Assembly: GCA_042569365.1 (NCBI GenBank)
Contig: JBHPHK010000005.1
Location: 1-61,024 of the forward strand
Reading direction: 5' to 3'
Length of the DNA: 61,024 nt
Source: Patescibacteria group bacterium
Lineage (GTDB): Bacteria; Patescibacteriota; JAUYIX01; JBHPHK01
Positions 18,774-28,642 of the stretch are shown piece by piece. Made by a program: the position numbers and the translations under genes. The notes under the pieces were generated by a model, which was given only the letters and a program-made list of their open reading frames with translations, did not search any database and was not told the DNA's origin. How positions within the stretch are numbered: the first letter of the stretch is position 1; the number at the start of each line of letters is the position of its first letter.

Positions 18774-19742
18774 TTATAGGATACCAAATATAATACCAAG
18801 ATACACTGCGTATAGAATAAGCATGAAAGCGCCCTCCCAGTTATGGATTTTGCGGGAGATTCCTGAGATCACAAAGATAACTGAAGAAACTATCAACATC
18901 GGCACGCCAATCATTAAGGTAGCATTAGAAATCTCTAAAGTTCCGAAAAAGCTTGGAATCGCCATCACGAGAGTTAAGTTGAAAATGTTTGAGCCAAAAA
19001 TATTACCTAAGGCCAAGTCGTAATTTTTGCGACGCGCGGCTTGGACTGAGACAAGGATCTCCGGCAGTGAAGTACCAAGAGCGACAGCAGTTAATGCGAT
19101 AATCGACGTACCGATATTGAAAGCGTCGGCAATATCAATCAGTGATGATATTAAATAGCGCGCACCTAAGACCACTACTACAATACTGACGATGATGATA
19201 ATGACGTCACGTGCTTTTAGCTTTTGCCTTCCCTTTTTAGTTTTTTCTTGAATATCTTCCACGCGCTCTTCGGCCAGCTCCGCGCTCTGGCGATAAGCAT
19301 AGACGGAGTACATCGCGTACACAACAAAGGCAATAATTGCAAATATGCCGTCGATCCAGGTAAAGTCTCGATCAATAGTTAGTGCGATAAAAATACCCAC
19401 TGTCATGGCAAACAGCGGAAGATCTAGATTGATCAGGCTTCGCTCAACGATCAACTTGCGCGAGACTATCGCCACAAACCCTGTGACCAGCAAAACGTTG
19501 GCAATGTTTGAACCGATCACGTTACCGGCCACAACATCAGGTGCTCCCTGTAAAACAGCGGCAATTGACGAGGCTAACTCCGGCAGCGAGGTACCAATCG
19601 CTAAGATCGTTACACCAATAATAAACTGCGGTATCCCCAACGCGAGACCGATTCGTTCTGACGAGGCTGTAAAATAATCAGCCGCCTTAATAAGCACAAC
19701 TAGGCTGACAATAAATATTATAATCGATAAAAAGAGAGGCAT
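18774..19742 (-). CDS. Ca2+/Na+ antiporter (CaCA/YrbG family)
   Basis: 322 aa with two alpha-repeats (GNVIGSNIANVL and GNIFGSNIFNL) and about 10 TM segments. Confidence 0.8.
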   Translation of the reverse strand: MPLFLSIIIFIVSLVVLIKAADYFTASSERIGLALGIPQFIIGVTILAIGTSLPELASSIAAVLQGAPDVVAGNVIGSNIANVLLVTGFVAIVSRKLIVERSLINLDLPLFAMTVGIFIALTIDRDFTWIDGIFAIIAFVVYAMYSVYAYRQSAELAEERVEDIQEKTKKGRQKLKARDVIIIIVSIVVVVLGARYLISSLIDIADAFNIGTSIIALTAVALGTSLPEILVSVQAARRKNYDLALGNIFGSNIFNLTLVMAIPSFFGTLEISNATLMIGVPMLIVSSVIFVISGISRKIHNWEGAFMLILYAVYLGIIFGIL

Positions 19743-19743
19743 A

Positions 19744-20511
19744 TTAAGTCAGTTTAACAATCTCTATTTGGGGAGGGTTAGCAAGGAAAGTGCGCGCCAA
19801 TTGTTCTAAGGTTGGAGTCGCGTCACTAGCAAAAAAACGATCTTTCTTGCTGTCCATCTCATACTTGTCGATGTCCTGCGCAAGATTTTCCGCTAATTCT
19901 TCCGCAGGATCTACCAAACGTACATCTTCTCCCATTGTAGCTTGAATCACATTTCTTAGCCACGGATAATGCGTACACGCTAAAATAAGCGTATCAATCC
20001 CCGCTTTCCGCAAAGGCTCTAGATAAATTTCCGCGATATTTCGCGTAACTGGCGAATCCAGCCATTGCTCCTCGACCAAAGGAACAAATAAAGGACAAGC
20101 TTTATTTATAATCTCAAGGTCTTTGCGTTGTTTTTTTATCATTTTTGCATGCACCTGGCTTTTGGTCGTCGTCGATGTGCCTATTACGCCGACTTTTTCC
20201 TTTGCTTCTGCTATTGCCTTTTCTACTCCTGGCTTTGCAACATCAAAGATCGGTATATCAAATTGCTTGCGGATATCACCCGCTGCTACTGCCGAAGCTG
20301 TATGGCACGCGATGATGATCGTACTCGCTCCTTGTTTTATCAAAAATTCGATCGCCTCACCGGTATACTGCTTGATCAGTTCAGGACTTTTGTTTCCGTA
20401 TGGCACCCGCGCCGTATCCCCAAAATAAAGCAAGGCTAAGTCTGGAAACTTCGCCTTTAGAGCGCGTACAACAGATAGCCCTCCCGCACCTGAGTCAAAA
20501 ACTCCTATCAT
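19744..20511 (-). CDS. murI: Glutamate racemase
   Basis: 255 aa with IGVFDSGAGGLSV, IACHTAS and LACTHYP. There is an ATGA overlap with the mraY stop. Confidence 0.9.
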   Translation of the reverse strand: MIGVFDSGAGGLSVVRALKAKFPDLALLYFGDTARVPYGNKSPELIKQYTGEAIEFLIKQGASTIIIACHTASAVAAGDIRKQFDIPIFDVAKPGVEKAIAEAKEKVGVIGTSTTTKSQVHAKMIKKQRKDLEIINKACPLFVPLVEEQWLDSPVTRNIAEIYLEPLRKAGIDTLILACTHYPWLRNVIQATMGEDVRLVDPAEELAENLAQDIDKYEMDSKKDRFFASDATPTLEQLARTFLANPPQIEIVKLT

Positions 20512-21560
20512 ACAGAACCCATTCCTATCAAACCGATGACGAGCCCGATTGCTGCCGAAATTGCGGCCAGCAGCCAGAAGCGCATAGTCACCTGTGTTTC
20601 CGGCCAGCCGATCGCTTCAAAATGATGATGGATGGGAGCCGAGCGAAATAGTTTTTTCTTGAAAAGCTTGCGCCAGGCCACCTGTAGGATTACAGACCCA
20701 GACTCAATCACAAATGGCAATCCAATAATCAGTAATACCAAAACACTGTTTGTGAGCATCGCCACGATCCCAAGCGTCGTCCCAAGCGAGATCGCCCCGG
20801 TATCGCCCATAAAGAATTTGGCAGGATGAATATTAAACCACAAAAATGCTAAAAGCGCTCCGGCAATCACAGCACAAAACGCTGCCAAGTCCATTCTTTC
20901 TTGCGCAAATGCAATTACGCCGAAAGCCACAAATGCAATCGCTAAAATTCCGCCAGAAAGACCATCTAGCCCATCCGTAAGATTGACCGAATTAGCAGTG
21001 GAGACGATGACCAGAATAAACAAAGGGATGTAGAGCCAGCCGATTGAAAAGTCGCCTATACCCGGAATGTGTAGAACATCAAACCCAAGTTTCACGAAAA
21101 ACCACCAGGATCCGACTGCCGCGATTGCGGTATAGAGCAAAAGTCGATAACGCGCGCGCAAGCCTCCGCCGAAAGGACCGATCTTCTTTACGTTGAGATA
21201 GTCGTCTAAAAGGCCGATTGCAGCTGTGGCTACTAAGGCCCCAAGAGGAAGCCAAGTTTGTGAACGTGACAAGAAATTCCAGTGGCCCCAGATTGTGTCT
21301 GGAAATAGCCAGGCGAGTAGAGCAAGAACTAATGCTAAAAATAAAACCGTACCCCAGACGATTACCCCGGCACCCGTTGGTGTTCCTGATTTTTTCTTGT
21401 GTAATTTTGTGAAAACTGGTGTCTTGCCCTCTCGAATTGATTTACCAAAACCAAACTTTTGGAGAAGTTTTCTGAAAGGCATGGCCGCGATAAACGCAAT
21501 AATAAAAGCAACTGCGCCCAGGCCAAATATGCGAATTATATTCGGAATATCTTCAAACAT
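20508..21560 (-). CDS. mraY: Phospho-N-acetylmuramoyl-pentapeptide transferase
   Basis: 350 aa, polytopic, with NSVNLTDGLDGL and PIHHHFE. Confidence 0.95.
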   Translation of the reverse strand: MFEDIPNIIRIFGLGAVAFIIAFIAAMPFRKLLQKFGFGKSIREGKTPVFTKLHKKKSGTPTGAGVIVWGTVLFLALVLALLAWLFPDTIWGHWNFLSRSQTWLPLGALVATAAIGLLDDYLNVKKIGPFGGGLRARYRLLLYTAIAAVGSWWFFVKLGFDVLHIPGIGDFSIGWLYIPLFILVIVSTANSVNLTDGLDGLSGGILAIAFVAFGVIAFAQERMDLAAFCAVIAGALLAFLWFNIHPAKFFMGDTGAISLGTTLGIVAMLTNSVLVLLIIGLPFVIESGSVILQVAWRKLFKKKLFRSAPIHHHFEAIGWPETQVTMRFWLLAAISAAIGLVIGLIGMGSV

Positions 21561-21618
21561 AAACTTAGCTGTTATTTAACAAAAGCATAACAATCTATCT
21601 CAAATCTGACCAGTTAAT

Positions 21619-22545
21619 TTAATTTGCCTGAAAACCCCAATTTAGTAGCTTGGCAGCCTCTGCAAAACGACTTTCACTATCGAGCAATATCGCAACCGAA
21701 AATAAATCTTCACTTTTAGCTGTGTATATCAGTGATTCACCTGACTCATCAGTTGTCCCTGTTTTAGCCGCCCAGAGATCAAAAGATGATGGATTTATCA
21801 GCTCATTTGTAGAATAGAAGCGTCTGGTAACGTATCGATTTCCCGGACCCGGGAGAGTTATGACGCTTCCTTGAGAATATTTTGCGCGGCTGGCATTAGA
21901 CCAGAAGAAACGTGCAAGCAGTGAAAGATCGCGCACAGTAGAAAGATGTCCATCTTCGTCTAAGCCTGTAGGGTTTTTAAAAACAGTATCCTGCATACCT
22001 AGTTGCTGTGCTTTTTCGTTCATAAGTACGACAAAGTCTTTAACGCTGCCGCCGACATGTTCTGCTAGCACAATCGCAGAGTCATTACCTGAAGCTATTA
22101 GCAATGTTCGCAGCAACGTATCGATACTAAACCTTTCACCGGCCACTAGATCTACTTTTTTGCCTTCTACCAAAGTAGCCTTTCTAGACACAGTAGCTTT
22201 AGTACCTAGATCCTGGACTTCATCAAAAACTACCAACGCCGTCATCAGTTTAGTAATACTTGCGGGAGCATGCTGTTGATCTCCTTCTTTTTCTGACAGC
22301 CAGTAGCCTGTATGTAGATCGACCAAGCCGTATTTAGCTGCCGTCAAATCAATCTCCGTTTCAGGTCTGACCGGCAAACGAAAAAGCTGAGGCGTATCCA
22401 CACCAGCATCATATACCTGCACCAATCTACTTTGATCCGCTTTCTCTACTCCCTTATCAAAAAGCCAGGTCTCAGGTGATGAGGCCCAGCTAAATACTTG
22501 AACTGCGATGACAATCGCAAGGCTAACTGCCTTCCAGAGCAGCAT
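21619..22545 (-). CDS. Serine-type D-Ala-D-Ala carboxypeptidase (S11, PBP5-like)
   Basis: 308 aa with SITK (SxxK), SGND (SxN) and KTGTT, plus an N-terminal anchor or signal. Confidence 0.8.
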   Translation of the reverse strand: MLLWKAVSLAIVIAVQVFSWASSPETWLFDKGVEKADQSRLVQVYDAGVDTPQLFRLPVRPETEIDLTAAKYGLVDLHTGYWLSEKEGDQQHAPASITKLMTALVVFDEVQDLGTKATVSRKATLVEGKKVDLVAGERFSIDTLLRTLLIASGNDSAIVLAEHVGGSVKDFVVLMNEKAQQLGMQDTVFKNPTGLDEDGHLSTVRDLSLLARFFWSNASRAKYSQGSVITLPGPGNRYVTRRFYSTNELINPSSFDLWAAKTGTTDESGESLIYTAKSEDLFSVAILLDSESRFAEAAKLLNWGFQAN

Positions 22546-22565
22546 GTCCGCTTAGGTTAGTGCTG

Positions 22566-23831
22566 TTAGTTAGAAGATTGAATGTCGTTTGCAGCAGCTT
22601 CATTGATTTCAATCAGTTGGTCTGCTGTTACTGTGAAGTCTGCGTCGGCAACCACTGCTGCTGAACACTCAATCTTGGTTGGATTAGCCTGTGTCAATAA
22701 TGCTTCTGACGTAAAGATGAATCCGGAAACCTTGAACTCTGGCACGCCGTTGCCGTTGATGTCTTCACTAGCACCTACACCCGTGATTGGGTCGTAGATT
22801 AGTTCGACAAATTTATTGTTGTCAACGTTGCCGAAATAGATTTTCTGTCCATCGACAATATAGGCTAGCTTGATATCACGACCATCGACTACGTGCACAA
22901 ACTCACCCCGGTATTTTCCATCTTTGATATTAAGAGTAACGATATTGGATGTGCCGTCTCCGTTGGTGCCAGTAACCGTACAACGATAACTGCCAGTGCC
23001 CGAATAGACTGTCACTAGCGTTTCGCCAATGACTTCAAAGTCTGAAGTTGACGTGCTCGGCGCAAGCGCATTCACCTGATCGATGACCGTCTGATCTAAC
23101 TTGGCATTGCCGGCTGTTGGACTATATCCGTTGGCAAATTCTTCGCCGTCTTTATAGCCGTCTCCGTCTGTATCGTCTAAGTCTGGGTTTGATCCAAGAA
23201 GTTGCTCTTGAGCATACGTCAAACCATCTCCGTCCGCATCAGAGTCAGCATCAGGAGTTTCTGGCTCTGTAGTCTGTTCATCTGTAAGACTTGGAGTGTC
23301 TGTTGTAGTAGTCGTAGAAGGTGTCCTAAAGAAGAAGAAATAAACTACACCGGCTGCTACCAAAATAACTATAATAATAATTGTTAACCACAGCCACATG
23401 CGGCCTTTTTTCTTTTGAGGCGACATAGCTGGCGGCGCTGGAGGCATTGGACCTGCTCCAGGAATTCCGCCCGGCATATCCGGAGTCTTTGGAATGAATG
23501 CACTTGGAGGAGGAGTAGCTGGTGATGATACTGCTTGAGCAAAAGTGGCGCCTGATGTTGGTTTTGCATTATCAGGCATACCTGGAACTTTCGGCTCTGT
23601 ACCTAAGGCCGGGTTAATTTGACCTCGCGTTGCTGCTGGTGACTCTGGCGCAGCAGAAGTAGCTGGAATATTTGGAGGTGCTACATCCGGAGCTGGCTGT
23701 CCTGCAGGTACAGGTGGAGGTGTTACTGCTGGCGACTGTGGCGCAGCAGGCGCTCCAGAACCACCTCCTACTGGAGGCAAAGGGCCTGACATTGGCTTGT
23801 CTTGTTGTGGTGGTGTTGGAATATCAACCAT
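22566..23831 (-). CDS. Single-pass membrane protein with a proline-rich N-terminal region and acidic DxDxDG repeats
   Basis: 421 aa. About 150 aa are P/A/G-rich, followed by a TM segment (WLWLTIIIIVILVAAGVVYFFFF), an S/T-rich linker, DADSDADGDG and DDTDGDGYKDGEE (thrombospondin-type-3-like calcium motifs), and a beta-rich C-terminus. Confidence 0.55.
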   Translation of the reverse strand: MVDIPTPPQQDKPMSGPLPPVGGGSGAPAAPQSPAVTPPPVPAGQPAPDVAPPNIPATSAAPESPAATRGQINPALGTEPKVPGMPDNAKPTSGATFAQAVSSPATPPPSAFIPKTPDMPGGIPGAGPMPPAPPAMSPQKKKGRMWLWLTIIIIVILVAAGVVYFFFFRTPSTTTTTDTPSLTDEQTTEPETPDADSDADGDGLTYAQEQLLGSNPDLDDTDGDGYKDGEEFANGYSPTAGNAKLDQTVIDQVNALAPSTSTSDFEVIGETLVTVYSGTGSYRCTVTGTNGDGTSNIVTLNIKDGKYRGEFVHVVDGRDIKLAYIVDGQKIYFGNVDNNKFVELIYDPITGVGASEDINGNGVPEFKVSGFIFTSEALLTQANPTKIECSAAVVADADFTVTADQLIEINEAAANDIQSSN

Positions 23832-23853
23832 GAGAAGTTTTTATTTATATAAA

Positions 23854-24582
23854 TTAATTACTTTTTAGTATATCATTTTTGGTTATCTGACGATATCCAC
23901 CGGGCGCTAAATCACCTAATTTCAGGCTCTGAATACGGGTGCGCATCAATTTAACAATAGCCACTCCGTATGTCCCAAACATTCGCCTAATTTGTCGTTT
24001 TTTACCTTCTTTAAGCACGAGACGGTAAGTAGTCAGACCCTGTTGCCGATCTTGGGATATTTTTTCAATCTCAACTCCCATAAAAGCTTCTCCCTCAACT
24101 AGCATGCCGGTACGCATCTCTTCCCTTTGACTATTTTTTAACCGTCCCTCCACTGTGACCTCGTATTCTTTTTCATGTTTAAAGCTCGGGTGCGTAAGTT
24201 CGTTTATAAACTCTCCGTCATTGGTCATGATCAGCAGCCCTTCTGACTCTTTATCAAGCCTGCCCACCGGGACAAGTCTTGGCAAATCTTTCGGAAGCAA
24301 GTCGCTGACAATTTTATCAGCATGCTCGTCGGCCAGCGATGTTGTATAACCTATAGGCTTATTGAGCGCAATATAAATATATTCATCAGGCAAGCTAATC
24401 TTTTTCTTCTCAAAAACAACGCTATCCTTGGCTGGATCAACTTTTGTCCCCAGCTTGGTGATCGTCTTGCCGTTTACAGAAACTTTTCCCGCTGTTATCA
24501 ACTCCTCACCTTTTCGACGCGAAGCAACGCCCGCCAGACTTAAGAATCTCTGTAGGCGCATTGTTTGAGAATTGCTCTTCAT
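23854..24582 (-). CDS. rluB: Pseudouridine synthase, RsuA/RluB family
   Basis: 242 aa with an S4 domain (RLQRFLSLAGVASRRKGEELI) and GRLDKESEGLL. Confidence 0.8.
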   Translation of the reverse strand: MKSNSQTMRLQRFLSLAGVASRRKGEELITAGKVSVNGKTITKLGTKVDPAKDSVVFEKKKISLPDEYIYIALNKPIGYTTSLADEHADKIVSDLLPKDLPRLVPVGRLDKESEGLLIMTNDGEFINELTHPSFKHEKEYEVTVEGRLKNSQREEMRTGMLVEGEAFMGVEIEKISQDRQQGLTTYRLVLKEGKKRQIRRMFGTYGVAIVKLMRTRIQSLKLGDLAPGGYRQITKNDILKSN

Positions 24583-24583
24583 T

Positions 24584-25237
24584 TTATTGTTTAGCTTCAG
24601 TTTCTGTGCTTTCAGACTCTGGCTGATCAGTATTTTTTTCTGCTTCAGATTCTACTTGTTCTCCCTGAGCCTCCTCTTTTTCCATTTGGCGCTTCTGAGC
24701 CTCTAAGAATGCTTCCACTGCGGCACTGGTTGATAGTTCTGCGTAGTCTGGAAGATCCTTAAGTGATGCAACCCCCAGATGCCTAACGTAATCCGGTGTT
24801 ATTTCATAGACATGTGAACGAGCGTCATTTGGGTTTTGTCGACGCTCGACAAGTCCACGAATCATAAGCGTGCGCAGCATGATCGCCGAGTTTACTCCTC
24901 GGATCTGATCTACCTCAGGCTTAGGTATCGGTCCGCGATATGCAACGATAGACAGCGTCTCCAACGCTGCGCGTGATAGTTTTCCTGTGAACTCTTCTTC
25001 AAAAAGATGTTGCACCACTGGCGAAACATCCGGACTGGTCACCATTTGGATTTGCCTACCCTGCCTCAGGATAGTAGTCCCTCTTTGGTTTTCCTCAAAT
25101 TGTTGTATAAGACTATCCAGCGCGTCTTTAAGTTCTCCTTTGTCTGCGCCTGTCAGTTTCATAAGTTCGCGTAGCGTTACAGAGCGACCTGCCGCAAACA
25201 AGATGCCTTCAATTTTGTTTTCTAAAGTTGCTGTCAT
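24584..25237 (-). CDS. scpB: Segregation and condensation protein B
   Basis: 217 aa with IEGILFAAGRSVTLREL and an acidic C-terminal tail. Confidence 0.85.
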   Translation of the reverse strand: MTATLENKIEGILFAAGRSVTLRELMKLTGADKGELKDALDSLIQQFEENQRGTTILRQGRQIQMVTSPDVSPVVQHLFEEEFTGKLSRAALETLSIVAYRGPIPKPEVDQIRGVNSAIMLRTLMIRGLVERRQNPNDARSHVYEITPDYVRHLGVASLKDLPDYAELSTSAAVEAFLEAQKRQMEKEEAQGEQVESEAEKNTDQPESESTETEAKQ

Positions 25238-25243
25238 AGTAGA

Positions 25244-25948
25244 TTAATTAGGTGCTTGGATTGTGATTTCTCCAAAAAGATCCTCCTGGTCAACACTCAC
25301 AAGCCGCTGCTTCAATAATTCTAGCATGGCCAGAAAAGTAACGATGACCTCTGTTTTGGTTGACTCGGCTGTGGTCTGCTTAAAATTGATTTTGCCGACT
25401 TTGTTGATATTTGTTTGGATAAGCTCAAATTTATCCTCAATCGAAACGATTTCCCTGACTATCTCCTTTTCTAAAGTGTCTTCCTGCGGAAGGCGACCCA
25501 ATATCTCGCTGAAGATATGGTGAATGTCCTTTACGGCAGCATTATCAGGCGGATAGAATCCAGCTTGCTCCTCTAGGTGGGCATTGCGCGGAAATAGGAT
25601 TTTTTTCTGTCCGATAATCTTGCGAAGTCTGTCAGCTGCCTGACGGAAACGCTGCAGTTCAAAGAGTCTGCGTTGGAGCTCTTCAGTCGTTAGTTCCTCA
25701 TCTTCTTCCTGCGGAATTAACAACGGAATCAAAGCCCTCGACTTCATCAACAGCAACTGACTCGCCAACACCATGAAGTCAACAAGATTTTCAGCATTCG
25801 GCTCTTCGATATTTGCAATGTAGTCCAGATACTGGTCTGTTATCTTGGCCAGTGATATCTGGGTAATATCAAGCTCTTCTTTCTCGATGAGAGAGAGCAA
25901 AAGGTCTAACGGACCTTCATATTCAGATAATTTTACTTCGTATTTCAC
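25244..25948 (-). CDS. scpA: Segregation and condensation protein A
   Basis: 234 aa with YEGPLDLLLSLIEKEELDI. There is an ATGA overlap with the aspS stop. Confidence 0.85.
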   Translation of the reverse strand: MKYEVKLSEYEGPLDLLLSLIEKEELDITQISLAKITDQYLDYIANIEEPNAENLVDFMVLASQLLLMKSRALIPLLIPQEEDEELTTEELQRRLFELQRFRQAADRLRKIIGQKKILFPRNAHLEEQAGFYPPDNAAVKDIHHIFSEILGRLPQEDTLEKEIVREIVSIEDKFELIQTNINKVGKINFKQTTAESTKTEVIVTFLAMLELLKQRLVSVDQEDLFGEITIQAPN

Positions 25949-27750
25949 TTCTGCTTTTTCTTACGAATATCAATATGTAATTCTTTAAGCTGTTCTTCAT
26001 CAACAGCCTGCGGCGAGCCTGTCATTGGGTCGCGGGCGCCTGTGTTTTTAGGGAAAGCCATAACTTCACGAATTGATGGCTCGTCTAAGAAGAGCGTCAA
26101 AAGACGATCAATGCCCGGGGCGATACCTCCGTGAGGAGGCGCGCCGTATGTCATAGCTTCGAGCATATGACCAAACTTACTCATCGCTTCTTTCTTATCG
26201 ATTCCGATAATCTTCATAATCTTTTCTTGGATCTCTGGATCATGGATACGAATACTTCCAGAAGCTACTTCCCAGCCGTTGCAGATCAGATCATAGCTTT
26301 GAGACTTCATTTTAATAATCTCATCTTTATCTTTAACCGGATCCAAATCCAATTTTGCTATATCAGCTACCGCCGGCATTGTAAACATGTGATGCTCCGG
26401 AGAAATTTTCTTATTCTCGGTATCCCATGTAAAAAGCGGGAAATCTGTTATAAACGCCCAGGCCATCAGCTTCTTGTCGATCAAGTCCAGTTTTTTCGCT
26501 AAATGGTTCCGGAGGTTACCTAAGACATTTGCCACCACTTCCGGCTCATCTGCGACGAAGAGATAGAGATCTCCGTCTTTTCCTCCAAGTGTTTTATTTA
26601 AAGCATCGAGCTCTGTATCTTTGAAGAACTTAACGATCGAAGAGTCCAGCTTCTTGCCTTTACCTACCTTGATCCAGGCAAGACCGCCCGCACCCCAGCC
26701 TTTCGCGAGCTCTGTTAAGTCATCGATTTCTTTACGAGTCGCGTCCCCTTTTCCCGGAACAACAATTCCCTTGACCTGAGTTGCGTTTGCAAATACTGAA
26801 AACTCTACACCGCGTGTTTCTTTTGTAACGTCGATCAGCTGCATTTCTGTAAAGCGTAGGTCTGGCTTATCAGAACCGTACTGATCCATCACTTCCGCAT
26901 ACGTTATGCGCGGAATAGTTTTTCCTGGCATTTTTTTGCCAGTTTTCTTGCCAATCGTTTGAGTAAGTTTGATAAACATCTTCTCAACCAAGTCTAAAAT
27001 CTCTTCCTGAGTCATAAAACTCATCTCAATATCCAGCTGTGTGTGCTCCGGCTGGCGATCACTGCGTGCATCTTCATCGCGAAAAGCACGCGCTACCTGA
27101 TAGTAGCGATCAAGACCTCCAACCATTAATAATTGTTTGAACTGCTGAGGCGACTGTGGCAACGCGTAAAACTCTCCTGGATACAAACGAGATGGCACGA
27201 GATAATCACGCGCTCCTTCCGGTGAGGGGTTCGCCATAATTGGAGTTTCAACTTCAATAAAGTTTAACTTATCTAAATACTCGCGGAAAAATTTAACCAT
27301 CTCATGGCGCAGCAACATATTGTCGCGCATTCGTTCACGCCGCAGATCAAGGTAGCGATATTTCAAACGCACTTCTTCATCGACCGCGCGTTCAACATCG
27401 ATCTCAAAAGGAGGGGTCTTGGCTTTTGCCAAAACTTCGATCTCTTCTGCCTCGATTTCTATCGCGCCCGTCTCCAGCTTATCGTTGACCATGTCTTTTG
27501 GACGCGCTACGACCTTACCTCTCACGCGCACGACAAACTCTGGTCGCACTTTATCCGCCTTATTCCAAGCTTCTTTGTTTGTGTCAGGATTAAAAGTAAC
27601 TTGCGTCAATCCATAGCGATCACGCAAATCCCAAAATATTAAACCGCCATGGTCACGGCGCCTATGCACCCAACCAGACAAAACAACATCTTTTTTAACG
27701 TCACCTGGGCGAAGCTGCCCACATGTGTGTGTGCGATACTCTGTTTTCAT
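25945..27750 (-). CDS. aspS: Aspartate--tRNA ligase
   Basis: 601 aa with an OB-fold N-terminus, class II motifs ([28 protein letters not shown]) and a GAD insertion. Confidence 0.97.
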   Translation of the reverse strand: MKTEYRTHTCGQLRPGDVKKDVVLSGWVHRRRDHGGLIFWDLRDRYGLTQVTFNPDTNKEAWNKADKVRPEFVVRVRGKVVARPKDMVNDKLETGAIEIEAEEIEVLAKAKTPPFEIDVERAVDEEVRLKYRYLDLRRERMRDNMLLRHEMVKFFREYLDKLNFIEVETPIMANPSPEGARDYLVPSRLYPGEFYALPQSPQQFKQLLMVGGLDRYYQVARAFRDEDARSDRQPEHTQLDIEMSFMTQEEILDLVEKMFIKLTQTIGKKTGKKMPGKTIPRITYAEVMDQYGSDKPDLRFTEMQLIDVTKETRGVEFSVFANATQVKGIVVPGKGDATRKEIDDLTELAKGWGAGGLAWIKVGKGKKLDSSIVKFFKDTELDALNKTLGGKDGDLYLFVADEPEVVANVLGNLRNHLAKKLDLIDKKLMAWAFITDFPLFTWDTENKKISPEHHMFTMPAVADIAKLDLDPVKDKDEIIKMKSQSYDLICNGWEVASGSIRIHDPEIQEKIMKIIGIDKKEAMSKFGHMLEAMTYGAPPHGGIAPGIDRLLTLFLDEPSIREVMAFPKNTGARDPMTGSPQAVDEEQLKELHIDIRKKKQK

Positions 27751-27832
27751 ACTAAAATAGCTATTTATACCGTTAAAAATGCCTTATTTTAGCTCTTTTG
27801 TCAAAGTGGATATACCAGCCATTCTATAATTC

Positions 27833-27861
27833 TTGACAAGTCTCTATTTCCTTGATATGCT
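27833..27861 (+). promoter_or_regulatory. Sigma70-type promoter upstream of the GGDEF gene
   Basis: TTGACA (27833-27838), 17-nt spacer, TATGCT (27856-27861). Confidence 0.5.
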
Positions 27862-27911
27862 ATTTCTTCGTCTTTGTTCATTATAAAATCATCATCAGAA
27901 AGGAGGTATGC

Positions 27912-28604
27912 ATGAAACGTGGTCTAGTTAAGGTCCATCTTGGGGCTTATACTTGCCTGATAATTGGTTTTGTAGCGCTTTTAATGATTCTGCACGCCGT
28001 AAGTAATGCTTACTGGCAAGCTACATTAATAGCCGTTTTTGTTTTAATCCTTATTAAGGGTTATTCGCTACAGAACATGCTTGATACCCACGATCTTACC
28101 GGACTGCTTAGTCGCAGAAAGTTGAATCGTGAGCTTGATAGATTCTACAGTCGTCGTCGAGAGCGAGCATATGCTTCACTGCTGTTTATAGATCTCGATC
28201 AGTTTAAGAAGATCAACGATCACGTCGGCCATATGCGCGGCGACGAAATCTTACAAGGTGTCGCAGAAGAAGTGCGCAATAATGTCTATCTCAAGGATGT
28301 CGTTGCCAACTTCGGCGGTGATGAGATTGTCGTTATTCTGCATGATGCACCTCGCAAAAGACAGATCCGAAAAGCAGCAGAGAAAATCAGGTCCGCTGTT
28401 GAGAATGTTCTCAATCACGACTCTCCATGGGACTTGCCGTTTCAGGTTACAGTTTCTATTGGCGCGGTTGCCCTGCGAAATAGTAAATTGAAATCTGCAA
28501 AGGATGTTCTTGCTCACGCCGACTTAGCCGTAAAGCATGCCAAAAAAGGAGGCAAAAACCGCACTGTCATATACAATGCCAGCGGTGAATACCAAACTCT
28601 ATAA
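27912..28604 (+). CDS. Membrane-anchored GGDEF-domain protein (putative diguanylate cyclase)
   Basis: The start is taken at ATG 27912, which is preceded by AGGAGG (the track start 27852 lies in the promoter region). It has two TM segments, then LLFIDLDQFKKINDHVGH and FGGDEIVVI (GGDEI variant). Confidence 0.8.
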   Translation: MKRGLVKVHLGAYTCLIIGFVALLMILHAVSNAYWQATLIAVFVLILIKGYSLQNMLDTHDLTGLLSRRKLNRELDRFYSRRRERAYASLLFIDLDQFKKINDHVGHMRGDEILQGVAEEVRNNVYLKDVVANFGGDEIVVILHDAPRKRQIRKAAEKIRSAVENVLNHDSPWDLPFQVTVSIGAVALRNSKLKSAKDVLAHADLAVKHAKKGGKNRTVIYNASGEYQTL

Positions 28605-28611
28605 TTTATTT

Positions 28612-28642
28612 AAAACCAGCTCTTATTATAAGGGCTGGTTTT
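28612..28642. terminator. Bidirectional terminator between convergent genes
   Basis: AAAACCAGC (28612-28620) pairs with GCTGGTTTT (28634-28642). It overlaps the stop of the minus-strand gene. Confidence 0.65.
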
